From: Paramicrosporidium saccamoebae KSL3
Taxonomy: Eukaryota; Fungi; Cryptomycota
Assembly (NCBI GenBank): GCA_002794465.1
Contig: MTSL01000117.1
Location: 64,375 to 96,374, forward strand
Direction of reading: 5' to 3'
Length of the DNA stretch: 32,000 bases
Below the pieces are notes generated by a model, which made no database searches, was not told the origin of the DNA, and saw only the letters and a list, made by a program, of their open reading frames with translations. The position numbers and the translations under genes are program-made. This document shows positions 1 to 9,564 of this stretch, one piece after another. Numbering within the stretch: position 1 is the stretch's first letter; every line of letters starts with the position of its first letter.

Positions 1-10
1 GCTTTTTCCC

Positions 11-116
11 CATTGTTAGCTACTCTTTCTCATCGTTGTTATTTTTAAATTTCTTCACCATTGCTAGTTACACTTTCTCATCGTTGTTATTTAAATTTCT
101 TCACCATTGTTAGCTA
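11..116. repeat. ~47-bp tandem repeat, 2.3 copies, downstream of SPT5
   Basis: CATTG(T/C)TAG(C/T)TA..CTTTCTCATCGTTGTTATTT(TT)AAATTTCTTCAC at 11-58 and 59-104, partial third copy at 105-116. Confidence 0.9.
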
Positions 117-181
117 TCGCCACGACACCACTCATGCCTTTGCCATCTCTGGCCCATTATAATCCAACTGTCAATGCTGCT

Positions 182-3055
182 TTATTTAATAATTTTGACA
201 AGACTGTTGATGGGAACGATTCGAAAATCGGCGGTCCCGTCAACACGGATTACAGCGTCAGGCCCATCCAAGCCAATGACTGTTCCAGTCGCACGATCGT
301 CGTTTAACAGACGAACTGAGTCCTTTTTACTAGGCGGCACAGGTACCAGCTCTGCAGAGCTCATAGGTTCCGAATGGCCCGAGAGCTGTACCATTCCCGA
401 GGGCAGCACCGACAAGACCCGTCCTGTAATTGCACCCGACTTGTTGGTCAATTCGGCATCTTGAACAATCCAGGCCGGCACGGATGAACTCTTAGAAGCT
501 CCCGATTGCCATACTGGCGTCTTTCCTCCATCATGAACCGCAGGCGTGCGGGACGCATTTCCTCCCCAGGCGGGAGTCTTTGACGATGTGGCACCCCACG
601 CCGGAGTCTTTGATGATGTGGCACCCCAAGCCGGAGTCTTTGAAGATTGGGCGCCCCAAGCCGGAGTTTTTGAAGACTGTGCTCCCCAAGCCGGAGTCTT
701 TGATGACTGAGCTCCCCAGGCCGGCGTCTTTGAAGATTGAGCTCCCCAGGCCGGAGTCTTTGAGGATTGCGCTCCCCAGGCCGGAGTGCGGCTGTCAGTC
801 CAAGCGGGAGTCTTTCCTCCCGCTCCCCATCTACCACCTGGACCAGCAGGGCCAGTGTCAGCGCCAGGCAATGCAATGCGTTCACGTGCAACATTGACAA
901 CACGACTGTCTGTGTGAAGCTCCACGCGTGCAATAGTGTCGGTCATGTCCTTTACAATTCCCACATAGCCTTTATAAGGTCCTGCGCCACCAATGGTTAC
1001 AGACTTTCCTATCAAATGCCGCATAGGCGGGACACCACGGGAAGGTGAACGCTGTTCGCGGTTATTCCCTATTCCAGGATAAGCGGCCGGACGAGACAGC
1101 GACGACACGGCCCGACACAAAACTTCTCCAGTGTCTATGGTGTGCAAGAAGGCGTGGGTGCGAAAGACGTGAATAATAGTGGCTGGACGAGGCTCTTGTC
1201 CAGGCAGACTTGCAATCTGAACTCGGTCACCTGATTTGAGCACGGAGGGGTCAAATTTGACAGGTCCTTGGGAAGACGGTTTAGGCACCTTACGGAGGTT
1301 CTTAAACGAGACTTTTCGCGTCTGTCCATTGACATCCAGGATGGAGGCATGCTGCTCCTCGCTAAGGATACGCAAAATGACGCCAGCTTCGCCATCGTCA
1401 TTTTCAATGGTAACCAGATCGTGGATCTCAAAAGACGAATCTCCCGTCTTTTCTGGCCGCGCTGGAATCGGAGCATCAGTTCCAGAAGTCGTCAAGTGAG
1501 TCAACGGAACAGTAATTTGTTGATTCTCTGTCATCAAAAAGACGACTGCCTGTCTTCGGCCACCGCTTTGCAAAATGGAAACAATAATTCCACTTTTTCC
1601 CGCATGATCACCAAGGGCTATCCTAATCATGTTGCCTACGTCAAGCTTGCGTCTAATGGATTTAGCCGGCACCATTACGGATTCCTTAAAGGACTCGTCA
1701 TCAAAGCGGACAGAAATCATGTCGCCTTCAGGTTCGGCATCAACAATACCCGACATGTGCTGGAATTCGCCCCGCGTGACCACAATAGCCTCTCCCTTGG
1801 TATGTTTTATCAACATACTATCAGGGATGGCATCACCACCCTCTTCCGTAATCGACAATGCCCCAAAGCGCTCCAATTCATCGGGCCGAGGTCCGACTTC
1901 ATGAACATTCAAGCTGGATCCACGAACTTCTTTGAAAAGAAATCCGTCCTTGTATGCCTCGCTATTGAAAAGCCAATAGCCGCGAGCCTTGGTCACTGAC
2001 CCGTACTGGGCAGCCTCCTGGGGATCAAAGGGCTTGGCAGAGGGACGCTCATTCTTCCCCCCAGTCATCTTGCGATATGAAAGTCGAGGCAACAATTTCA
2101 CTCGAACAATGCATTCAATTCCCTCTCCCGTCGTCTCCTGGTCAACCTCTACAACCTGCGCCAAATCGCCAGCATATTTGCCACGTTTCACCCGAACCCA
2201 TCCACCGATAGTAAAGGCAGACGCATCGGCGGACGACTTTGACGAGCTGGCCATGCTTGCGGCCATTACATCGGCCATCTCTGACAACGGGACCATTACG
2301 GGTCGGTTCATGGGAGAGGCAAATATCAAATAGTTCAATTTGGTCTTTTGAACTGCGTTCATTACATCGTTGACTTTGTGGGCCTCCACATATATAAATC
2401 CCTTTAAAGAGTCTCTTCCAATCACTGAAAACACCCCCAAACTGTCTCCGAGAATGGTCAATCCACGCAGCAGTGCTGCTACTGCTGCCCTCTCCTTTCC
2501 AGGACGACATTTAACAAGCCAAAGTTTTGGATCCGATGGCTGCGGCTGCAATACAGTGGCCATTGTCGCCTCTGTCGCACCAACATTCTTTCCCGAGACA
2601 TGTCGAGTCCGTCCGTAAAGGCGCTTGAGACGCTCCTCCACCATTTCCGGATCCAATTCCTCTTCAAAGTTTTTCTTTGCAGCCTCCCTCCTTGCGGCAT
2701 GTGCTGCCAAACGGCGCTCAAATGCAGCGGAAAATTCCTTCTCGCGCTCTTCAATGTCGTTGTCAACGAAACCGTCATCGTCGTCCTCCTCTTCTTCTTC
2801 AGAATCAACTCTGTCTCGCTCCTCGTCGTCCTCACTGTCTTCCCCCACCGCTGCCTCGGTTTCCACAAAGCGGCTGCGTTTGGCCTTTTTCTTGCCCTCT
2901 CCCTGCCGAACTTTGCGCCGTTTGCTGACCACCTCGTTTTCACTGTCGGCGGCCTCGGAGCTGGAAGAACCGCTATAGTCTAGACGCTCTCCATCACTCT
3001 CGGTGAAGACGGCGTCATCTTCAGACAGCGAGTCGTCGTCACCAGGACCACCCAT
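182..3055 (-). CDS. SPT5: Transcription elongation factor Spt5 (DSIF large subunit), ~957 aa, intronless
   Basis: Acidic N-terminus, NGN domain (DPKLWLVKCRPGKER; GFIYVEA), multiple KOW motifs (WVRVKRGKYAGDLAQV; GPYKGYVGIVKD), TPAWG C-terminal repeats. First ATG is at 3055; the ORF track's 3076 start is GTG. Confidence 0.97.
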   Translation of the reverse strand: MGGPGDDDSLSEDDAVFTESDGERLDYSGSSSSEAADSENEVVSKRRKVRQGEGKKKAKRSRFVETEAAVGEDSEDDEERDRVDSEEEEEDDDDGFVDNDIEEREKEFSAAFERRLAAHAARREAAKKNFEEELDPEMVEERLKRLYGRTRHVSGKNVGATEATMATVLQPQPSDPKLWLVKCRPGKERAAVAALLRGLTILGDSLGVFSVIGRDSLKGFIYVEAHKVNDVMNAVQKTKLNYLIFASPMNRPVMVPLSEMADVMAASMASSSKSSADASAFTIGGWVRVKRGKYAGDLAQVVEVDQETTGEGIECIVRVKLLPRLSYRKMTGGKNERPSAKPFDPQEAAQYGSVTKARGYWLFNSEAYKDGFLFKEVRGSSLNVHEVGPRPDELERFGALSITEEGGDAIPDSMLIKHTKGEAIVVTRGEFQHMSGIVDAEPEGDMISVRFDDESFKESVMVPAKSIRRKLDVGNMIRIALGDHAGKSGIIVSILQSGGRRQAVVFLMTENQQITVPLTHLTTSGTDAPIPARPEKTGDSSFEIHDLVTIENDDGEAGVILRILSEEQHASILDVNGQTRKVSFKNLRKVPKPSSQGPVKFDPSVLKSGDRVQIASLPGQEPRPATIIHVFRTHAFLHTIDTGEVLCRAVSSLSRPAAYPGIGNNREQRSPSRGVPPMRHLIGKSVTIGGAGPYKGYVGIVKDMTDTIARVELHTDSRVVNVARERIALPGADTGPAGPGGRWGAGGKTPAWTDSRTPAWGAQSSKTPAWGAQSSKTPAWGAQSSKTPAWGAQSSKTPAWGAQSSKTPAWGATSSKTPAWGATSSKTPAWGGNASRTPAVHDGGKTPVWQSGASKSSSVPAWIVQDAELTNKSGAITGRVLSVLPSGMVQLSGHSEPMSSAELVPVPPSKKDSVRLLNDDRATGTVIGLDGPDAVIRVDGTADFRIVPINSLVKIIK
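551..811 (-). repeat. Spt5 C-terminal repeat: eight 30-bp units encoding TPAWGA(Q/T)SSK-type decapeptides
   Basis: CCGGAGT-type cores recur every 30 bp at 571, 601, 631, 661, 691, 721, 751 and 781, with degenerate flanking units. Confidence 0.95.
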
Positions 3056-3502
3056 TTTCTTGAATTCCCCGGCCACGGCAGTTGATGAGAATCTTGAAAG
3101 ACTGAGAGGGGCATAAGTGTGCTATTGATGACTGGACATGCATATTGAAAGGGGACTCTTGTTCGATGTTGTATTTTACGTTTATACACTGCCACGCTGT
3201 GAAACTCCCCATACACCCTAAATATACATTTACAGTTGCAATGTTATATTCTGTATATACATCTACTGTTGCACTGCTATACTGTCACACTTATTTATTG
3301 ATCTACTCTGCATATTAATATCCGCCCACATACAGTGCTATTTATATATTCCCAATGACGGGGACCAGTCATATAAGGCGACCGGGTCACAGGGACGTCT
3401 CATCCCGGACGGCATCCATCCATCCATCCTTGGTTAATTACATAGCCACCGTCTGTTTGTACCATACCCTACCCCCTTTCAAAGTTTTTCTACTCTATAT
3501 TC

Positions 3503-4843
3503 ATGAATCCTAAGACGAGTACTATCGCTTATACAAAACGTGGCGCACCTTCAATAAACGGCCGGCCGGCTGCACCCAGCAGTATAGACAGACAGTCCCG
3601 TCCCGGTGTACCCGCTGCTCCAACCACCCAGTCTGATGACTGGAAGAACCAACTCCATGCTCCCCCCAAAGACCACCGTCCGCAAACTGAGGATGTTCTG
3701 GCTACAAAGGGAAATGAGTTTGAAGACTACTTTCTGAAGCGTGAGCTGCTTATGGGAATTTTTGAAATGGGCTATGAACGACCCAGTCCCATACAAGAAG
3801 AGAGTATCCCTATCGCGCTGGCGGGACGGGATATTTTGGCTCGTGCAAAGAATGGAACAGGCAAGACGGCTGCGTTCATTATTCCGACGTTAGAAAAGAT
3901 TGACCCGAACAAGAATGCTATTCAGGCACTCCTCTTGGTGCCAACACGTGAGCTGGCCCTACAGACTGCACATGTTTGCAAAGAGTTGGCAAAGCACATG
4001 GGCAAGGTGCAGGTCATGGTCACGACAGGAGGGACCCTTCTTCAAGATGATATTGTACGCCTATACAACCCAGTGCATATAATTGTTGCGACTCCGGGTC
4101 GCGTTTTAGATCTCGCCAGTAGGGGGATCGCCAACATGAAAGAGTGCAACTTGATGGTCATGGATGAGGCTGATAAACTGCTCTCTCCAGAATTCCAGCC
4201 CATCGTTGACGAGATTATTAGACTACTCCCTAGACAGCGGCAGATTCTAATGTATTCTGCCACCTTTCCTATGATTGTGAAAGAGTTTAAAGACAAGCAT
4301 TTGAACAAACCCTACGAGGTTAATTTAATGGATGAGCTCACCCTCAAGGGAGTTACGCAATATTACGCCTATGTTGAGGAGCGACAGAAAGTGCATTGTC
4401 TCAATACACTATTCTCCAAGCTACAGATCAATCAGTCCATTATTTTCTGCAACTCGACAAATCGAGTAGAGCTGCTAGCCAAAAAAATTACCGAGCTGGG
4501 ATACAGCTGTTTTTACATCCACGCCAAGATGCCTCAGGCTGACCGTAATCGTGTGTTCCACGACTTTCGAAACGGCAAGTGTCGTAACCTTGTCAGCACA
4601 GACCTGTTTACGCGTGGTATTGACATCCAGGCCGTAAACGTCGTGATCAACTTTGATTTTCCCAAGAATGCCGAGACCCATTTGCACAGAATCGGTCGCA
4701 GTGGCCGTTTCGGACATCTTGGTGTGGCAGTCAACTTGGTGACTTATGAGGATCGGTTCAATTTGTACCGGATTGAGCAAGAGTTGGGTACGGAGATTGC
4801 GCCTATTCCACCGACAATTGATACAAAATTGTATGTGGCCTAG
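3503..4843 (+). CDS. DHH1: DEAD-box RNA helicase Dhh1/DDX6, 446 aa, intronless
   Basis: [76 protein letters not shown]: DDX6-diagnostic stretches. Confidence 0.98.
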   Translation: MNPKTSTIAYTKRGAPSINGRPAAPSSIDRQSRPGVPAAPTTQSDDWKNQLHAPPKDHRPQTEDVLATKGNEFEDYFLKRELLMGIFEMGYERPSPIQEESIPIALAGRDILARAKNGTGKTAAFIIPTLEKIDPNKNAIQALLLVPTRELALQTAHVCKELAKHMGKVQVMVTTGGTLLQDDIVRLYNPVHIIVATPGRVLDLASRGIANMKECNLMVMDEADKLLSPEFQPIVDEIIRLLPRQRQILMYSATFPMIVKEFKDKHLNKPYEVNLMDELTLKGVTQYYAYVEERQKVHCLNTLFSKLQINQSIIFCNSTNRVELLAKKITELGYSCFYIHAKMPQADRNRVFHDFRNGKCRNLVSTDLFTRGIDIQAVNVVINFDFPKNAETHLHRIGRSGRFGHLGVAVNLVTYEDRFNLYRIEQELGTEIAPIPPTIDTKLYVA

Positions 4844-4899
4844 GCACACTGACATGCAATGGTGTACTAGCTGCTAATGAAGAATGTTTGTGCGGGTGT

Positions 4900-4965
4900 G
4901 AGTGTTGGTGAAAGTGAGAGTGAAAGCGAAAGTAAAGGTGAAAGTGGAAGTGGAAGTGGAAGTGA
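4900..4965 (+). repeat. Degenerate purine-rich hexamer repeat (GAAAGT/GGAAGT)
   Basis: gtgaaagtgagagtgaaagcgaaagtaaaggtgaaagtggaagtggaagtggaagtgag in the DHH1-transporter convergent gap. Confidence 0.75.
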
Positions 4966-5070
4966 GAATTAAAGTCTCTTTACCAGAATCATTTATGCCA
5001 ACAAATTCTTGCACGACTATTCTGAAAGCAATAAATATCTTTACTGAAAATTTGGTAAATGCTTCTCTTA

Positions 5071-6364
5071 TTAACTATAAAGTGCTTTAAGTTCGGCAAT
5101 AGACTGCACGACGCTGAAATATGTACCAAACACCATGACCAAAAGACCCACGGCAATGTCGATGTAGCAAATAATCCTCTCTTTCATCGAAATCTTGTAC
5201 ATCTTGGACAGCCGCAGAAAATAAGTGGCTGGGAAGATGAACATGAGCATTGAGCCGCAGAGCGAAGTAAAGGCACCAAGGATGGGTAGCACAGCGTCCG
5301 CTGCGAACATGGCCACTACTGCGCATCCCGCAACCAATCCTCCCGTTATTCCAATGTTTCTTACTTGGCCATTTCCGCCCGCCGGCCCAATAGCCTTTGT
5401 CAACAACAAGTCCACACACGACTTTGTAGGATCACAGAGCAGCGGGAATGAGACGATGATCACACAGGAGACCAACAGCTGAGCAATGGCATAAGACAGA
5501 ATACTCTTGGCCAGTAGGATGTTGGCTGGCACTTGATCGCCAAAGTTGAGATATCCAAAAAGCGACACCAAAAAGTAAAAGAGCACAACAATCGTAGAAG
5601 AGCCTCCAATCATGGTCAGCCGCCTCTTGGCAGTGGGATTGATGAATGTAGGCACAATTGCCAAGAGTGTAAAGTGGTTGCAAAAGGCAAACAAAATGTT
5701 ACTGAAGGCTTTCAGTGCATCGCTGGACAGGTTGACCATGGTAAGAGTTGGCTTTTCCGCGGGGCTGCTGATCAAATAATCCACAGTAATCAATCCACAA
5801 ACAAAGGTCATGCAAAGCATTCCGACAATGCTTGCCTTGGCCAGCTTGCTCAGATCGCGGAGACAAGCCAGCGGGAAGATGAAGGCCGCACAAATGGCAA
5901 TGATGATTCTGCTGTTGGTATACCAAACTGCATTGGCCTCGACATTGAGTGCAAAGGCGAGGAACATTTGCAAGTACTTGGCCGTGTATGATGCGTAGGC
6001 AATCAGAGCACCAAAGAGGTACACCATAGTAGCAACGACGGCGGTAATCTCGCCCATTGAACCATAGGCTAGCCGACCTACCAGGAAATAGTCACCTTGA
6101 TCAGTGTGGGCAGCTATCCGGCCCAGAAGATAAAGGGTGCTCGTGGTAGCGGCCGAGCCAAAGAAGAGGAGTGCCAGTCCCAAGACGAGGCCTGCATTCT
6201 TCATAGAGTATGGGAGTGACAGGATTCCAACTCCAATGGCCGATTTGCACATGTTGAAGGCTCCAGAGGCCATCGAGATGGTGCGTTCGGGTGCTTTAAG
6301 TATAGGGCTATCCTATATAATCAAACACTACCTTCCTGGTATGTACACTAGCTTTACCGGTCAT
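5071..6364 (-). CDS. Amino-acid transporter, Aa_trans (AVT/SLC38-like) family, ~419 aa
   Basis: FNMCKSAIGVGILSLPY (TM1), FAFCNH, FGYLNFGDQVPANIL and ~11 hydrophobic segments. Model: exon 6364-6347 (MTGKAS), 34-nt intron 6346-6313 (GTAC...TAG), exon 6312-5071 in frame with the tracked ORF. Confidence 0.9.
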
Positions 6365-6480
6365 ATTCGCAAGTTTTGTAGTGGGCGCGTTGTGTTTTGA
6401 AGTAAACCACAAAACTATTTATACCCTTGTAGTTATAGCCGATGAGTGGCCATTGACCAATAGAAATGCGCCTCTATATA

Positions 6481-6489
6481 ATGACTCAT
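6481..6489. promoter_or_regulatory. Perfect Gcn4/AP-1-type site ATGACTCAT upstream of the amino-acid transporter
   Basis: Exact match to the Gcn4/CpcA consensus, ~117 bp upstream of the transporter ATG (6364), with a CCAAT nearby (~6458). Function is inferred. Confidence 0.5.
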
Positions 6490-6631
6490 CTAGCCGCAAA
6501 TGGCGTTCTGCCACCATAAAAAGATATATTTTAGACCCCAGTAATGAGGATTGGGGCCTTTTATATCCTATGTTGCGTAGTGGGGGCAAAGTCAGACAGA
6601 AGAGATGGGGGGAGGGTGATTAGGGACGGGA

Positions 6632-6695
6632 AGAGATGAGAGGAGATGAGATGAGATGGGATGAGATGAGATGAGATGAGATGCGATGCGATGGG
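6632..6695 (+). repeat. (GAGAT)n pentanucleotide microsatellite
   Basis: gagatgagaggagatgagatgagatgggatgagatgagatgagatgagatgcgatgcgatg. Confidence 0.9.
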
Positions 6696-6960
6696 GCGCA
6701 ATTAAAAGTGATGGGAAGAAAATTTGCCCACTGCTAGTCCCAAAATCGTAAGGGTACAAATCTCATTTCTAAAATATCTAGCTAATTATTCCACTCTGTC
6801 CCATGTTGTGTAACCACTTAGCTTGTGCTATCAGGTTAAAGACTGGCTTCTCATACAATACATGGATGTTTAAAACTATTTCATTTACGCGCCTTGGAAG
6901 CGTCCTTCCAAGATTGGATCATTACACAAAAAAGTTACAATTATCGCGTGAGTAGATTCT

Positions 6961-9312
6961 TTATGCGTGAATCCTCGAATTGATCTGTCTTAAAAGGTCC
7001 TGCCTCTGTGCCTTTAGATCAAGGGACATGATTCTTGCGCAGTAAAACAAGTTTCTGTGCAAAATTTCAATATCCGTGTATCCAAACTGAATGAGTAGCA
7101 CCCGGGCATATGATATAATATGTTTAAAGAACACATTCTTCGACTGTGACTTGGGAAACTCCAAGAACTTTGTTATGATAAAGTACATGAATCTGTCCGA
7201 GATCAAGCTGTCATCGTCGGGTATGTCCGGTGGCGTGCTATTAATCTCCACTCTGGTCTCAAAATTCACTCCAGCTGGCTTCCGCCTGTAATTTTCCACC
7301 GTAACATCATTGGCATGATCTGCTGACATGAGACTTAACATTTCCAGTCCGTCACGACTGTCTGACACCTCCACGGTGCATCTTCCTTGCTTGCAGATAT
7401 CAGTCATGGTAGGTGCATTCTTTGGAACTTTTTTCAGCTTGTAAATTTCATATGAAAGCTCCAAATTGTCCCCTGACAGGCCTTGTAGAAAATGAACGAC
7501 CTGCCACATTGCGTACATGAATCCTGGTGTCTTGACCAGTGTTTTAGGAGCAGCCTCTAACACCATTTTGAATCTTCCTGCATTACCCGCCCGGAACATG
7601 AATTCCAAGTAGCTGGAATGCATCAGTGGGTCGCTAGACTTTTTGAAAAAGTCGTCTGGGATCCAAAGATCCAGAGAAGCCATTGCTAGCGGCCTTTCTT
7701 TCTCCTTTAAATCATTCACTCCCCGGAATACTTCAGAAATGTTCGGTCTGACAACATCTTGGTTGCAATTAGCAATAGACTCGTGACTGCATGTAATATT
7801 GTGTTTGATGCATTCGGCGACTTTTTTCATTTGGGCAATCCACTGGTTTATTCGATTGTTTTCTGTCGACAGCAAGACATCATGGAGAGAGCGTTCAATA
7901 AGCTGCCGGCAATGACTCCCATTGTTCAATTTGCAAAATTTCATGAAATAGGCGTCGCAATCGTTTTCGGAAATTGCAAAGGCCAATTTCCGGAAAGCGC
8001 CGGAGCGGACACTGCTATTAAAGATGAGCTTTTTGTTTGCCATTTGAGCCAGAATCATTTGGTATTTGACCGGATCTTTGAGTGATCGTTTCTTACTCAG
8101 CAGTTTTGCAAGTACCCGATAGACCTTGGCAAATTTTGACGGCGTGTCTAATCCAGTAATGGTGCTGGCGTCAACCTTGGTAGAATCAAGAACACCGTCA
8201 ACCAGCAGGCTCTCTTTGTCAATAAACTCACTAGACCTCAACATTTCCAAGTTCTCTATTCCCGGAATGGCAACATATGACGTACGTGCAATACTCTTCA
8301 AGCTTCCAGTTTCAATGCAGGCCTGCGTCATCAATTCCCTAATGGCCTTGAAATTTGCTGCTCGGCCTGGCTTCAAATTCTCAAGCATTGTGAGGGAAAT
8401 TCTAACATGTTCTGAACTGTACGCCTTGCACATTCCATCTTTGTACCATTGCGTAAAAAATGTCAGATCGTCAGTCATTTTGTTAACGTCATCCCGCTTC
8501 TCTGCAATATAAAGGATCAGTCGTGAAATTTCGTCCACATTGTCCCATTTATGAGGAATAAACAAGGATATTGCCTCTGCCCTGTCCAGATTTCTTAACA
8601 ATTCTTCTGAAGCAATGCCTCGAAATAGTGACGCCATTCTCACCTTGTAAAAGCTCATTACCGTATCCACAAATAAATTTTCGTCATGTATGACATTGAA
8701 CAATACCTTTCGCAGCCCCCTGATTTGAAGCAGTTGTGGGAGGGCGCTGAGGTGATCTGGATAGTCTCCTGTTTGCAGTGGCCTATATATATCTCTTAGT
8801 CTATCTAAAGGATCACCGTTGACCAAATCTGCAACCACATCCATGACAAATTTCAAACTAACATCGACTTTTCCTTCCGAGATTACAAGGGGAATTTGTG
8901 TGCCTTCATTTCCCGCAATGATCCCAGTGAAAAGAAACTTTGCCAGAGTGTCCTGCTGGGTGGTATTATTTGTATATGATGGCACTTCTTTTATAATATC
9001 TGCCCACGTTTCCTTTGTTAGTTCACTGCGCTGAACCAACATTCGCCACGCTGAAAACATTGATGCGTCTCCGGATAAGCAGTTTGAAATAATTAATTCA
9101 CCGATACGCTTGAGAGTCTCCTTTGTGATATCATCGTTACAGCTTCGCAGAACTCCTGCAATGCTAATCCATTTCCCGTCCCTCATCAGGTCGGATATGT
9201 CGCCAATCCGCCTAGTGCAATCCGCGGGCGCCACTAAGATATCGTTCACTGTAAGCAAACTTGCTGATCCCAGTTGTAAGAATGCCCATAAGATAAGCAG
9301 GGATATATGCAT
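6961..9312 (-). CDS. Orphan predicted secreted protein, 783 aa, intronless, no recognised domain
   Basis: Long ATG-started ORF; N-terminal signal peptide MHISLLILWAFLQLGSA; helical-type composition. Confidence 0.85.
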   Translation of the reverse strand: MHISLLILWAFLQLGSASLLTVNDILVAPADCTRRIGDISDLMRDGKWISIAGVLRSCNDDITKETLKRIGELIISNCLSGDASMFSAWRMLVQRSELTKETWADIIKEVPSYTNNTTQQDTLAKFLFTGIIAGNEGTQIPLVISEGKVDVSLKFVMDVVADLVNGDPLDRLRDIYRPLQTGDYPDHLSALPQLLQIRGLRKVLFNVIHDENLFVDTVMSFYKVRMASLFRGIASEELLRNLDRAEAISLFIPHKWDNVDEISRLILYIAEKRDDVNKMTDDLTFFTQWYKDGMCKAYSSEHVRISLTMLENLKPGRAANFKAIRELMTQACIETGSLKSIARTSYVAIPGIENLEMLRSSEFIDKESLLVDGVLDSTKVDASTITGLDTPSKFAKVYRVLAKLLSKKRSLKDPVKYQMILAQMANKKLIFNSSVRSGAFRKLAFAISENDCDAYFMKFCKLNNGSHCRQLIERSLHDVLLSTENNRINQWIAQMKKVAECIKHNITCSHESIANCNQDVVRPNISEVFRGVNDLKEKERPLAMASLDLWIPDDFFKKSSDPLMHSSYLEFMFRAGNAGRFKMVLEAAPKTLVKTPGFMYAMWQVVHFLQGLSGDNLELSYEIYKLKKVPKNAPTMTDICKQGRCTVEVSDSRDGLEMLSLMSADHANDVTVENYRRKPAGVNFETRVEINSTPPDIPDDDSLISDRFMYFIITKFLEFPKSQSKNVFFKHIISYARVLLIQFGYTDIEILHRNLFYCARIMSLDLKAQRQDLLRQINSRIHA

Positions 9313-9564
9313 GTTTGTCTATCCATTAGCGTGGAATGCGTGGGCTTAACAATTGCGCATGCCGACTTTGCAATGATTCGTCAAAAAGTCACACATCTGA
9401 CCTATCAGAATTGACTTGTAGTAAGATGACATAAGGACATGCATTTATTCAGCAGATGCCCAATGAATCGACTCGAATAGAGGCATAGTCATGATACCCA
9501 GCCTAGCAAAAGTTGGCAAAGTCTCGGTACATCATGGTCGCTCTTCAGATGATTGGTCAAAGGC

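Noticed and set aside
1268-1999. 243-aa plus-strand ORF, and similar long ORFs at 5533-5991, 16268-16831, 20231-20872 and 27714-28169
   Set aside because: Antisense or alternate-frame shadows of well-supported genes, with no motifs of their own
3056-3076. GTG/TTG starts used by the ORF track (3076, 12643, 22249, 24885, 27873, 28488, 31378)
   Set aside because: The sequence is eukaryotic, and a nearby ATG or spliced first exon explains each gene
6313-6331. 19-nt intron alternative in the transporter (GTAG..TAG)
   Set aside because: In frame, but a GTAC donor 15 nt upstream gives a 34-nt intron within the 27-36 nt range of all others; it remains a possible minor donor
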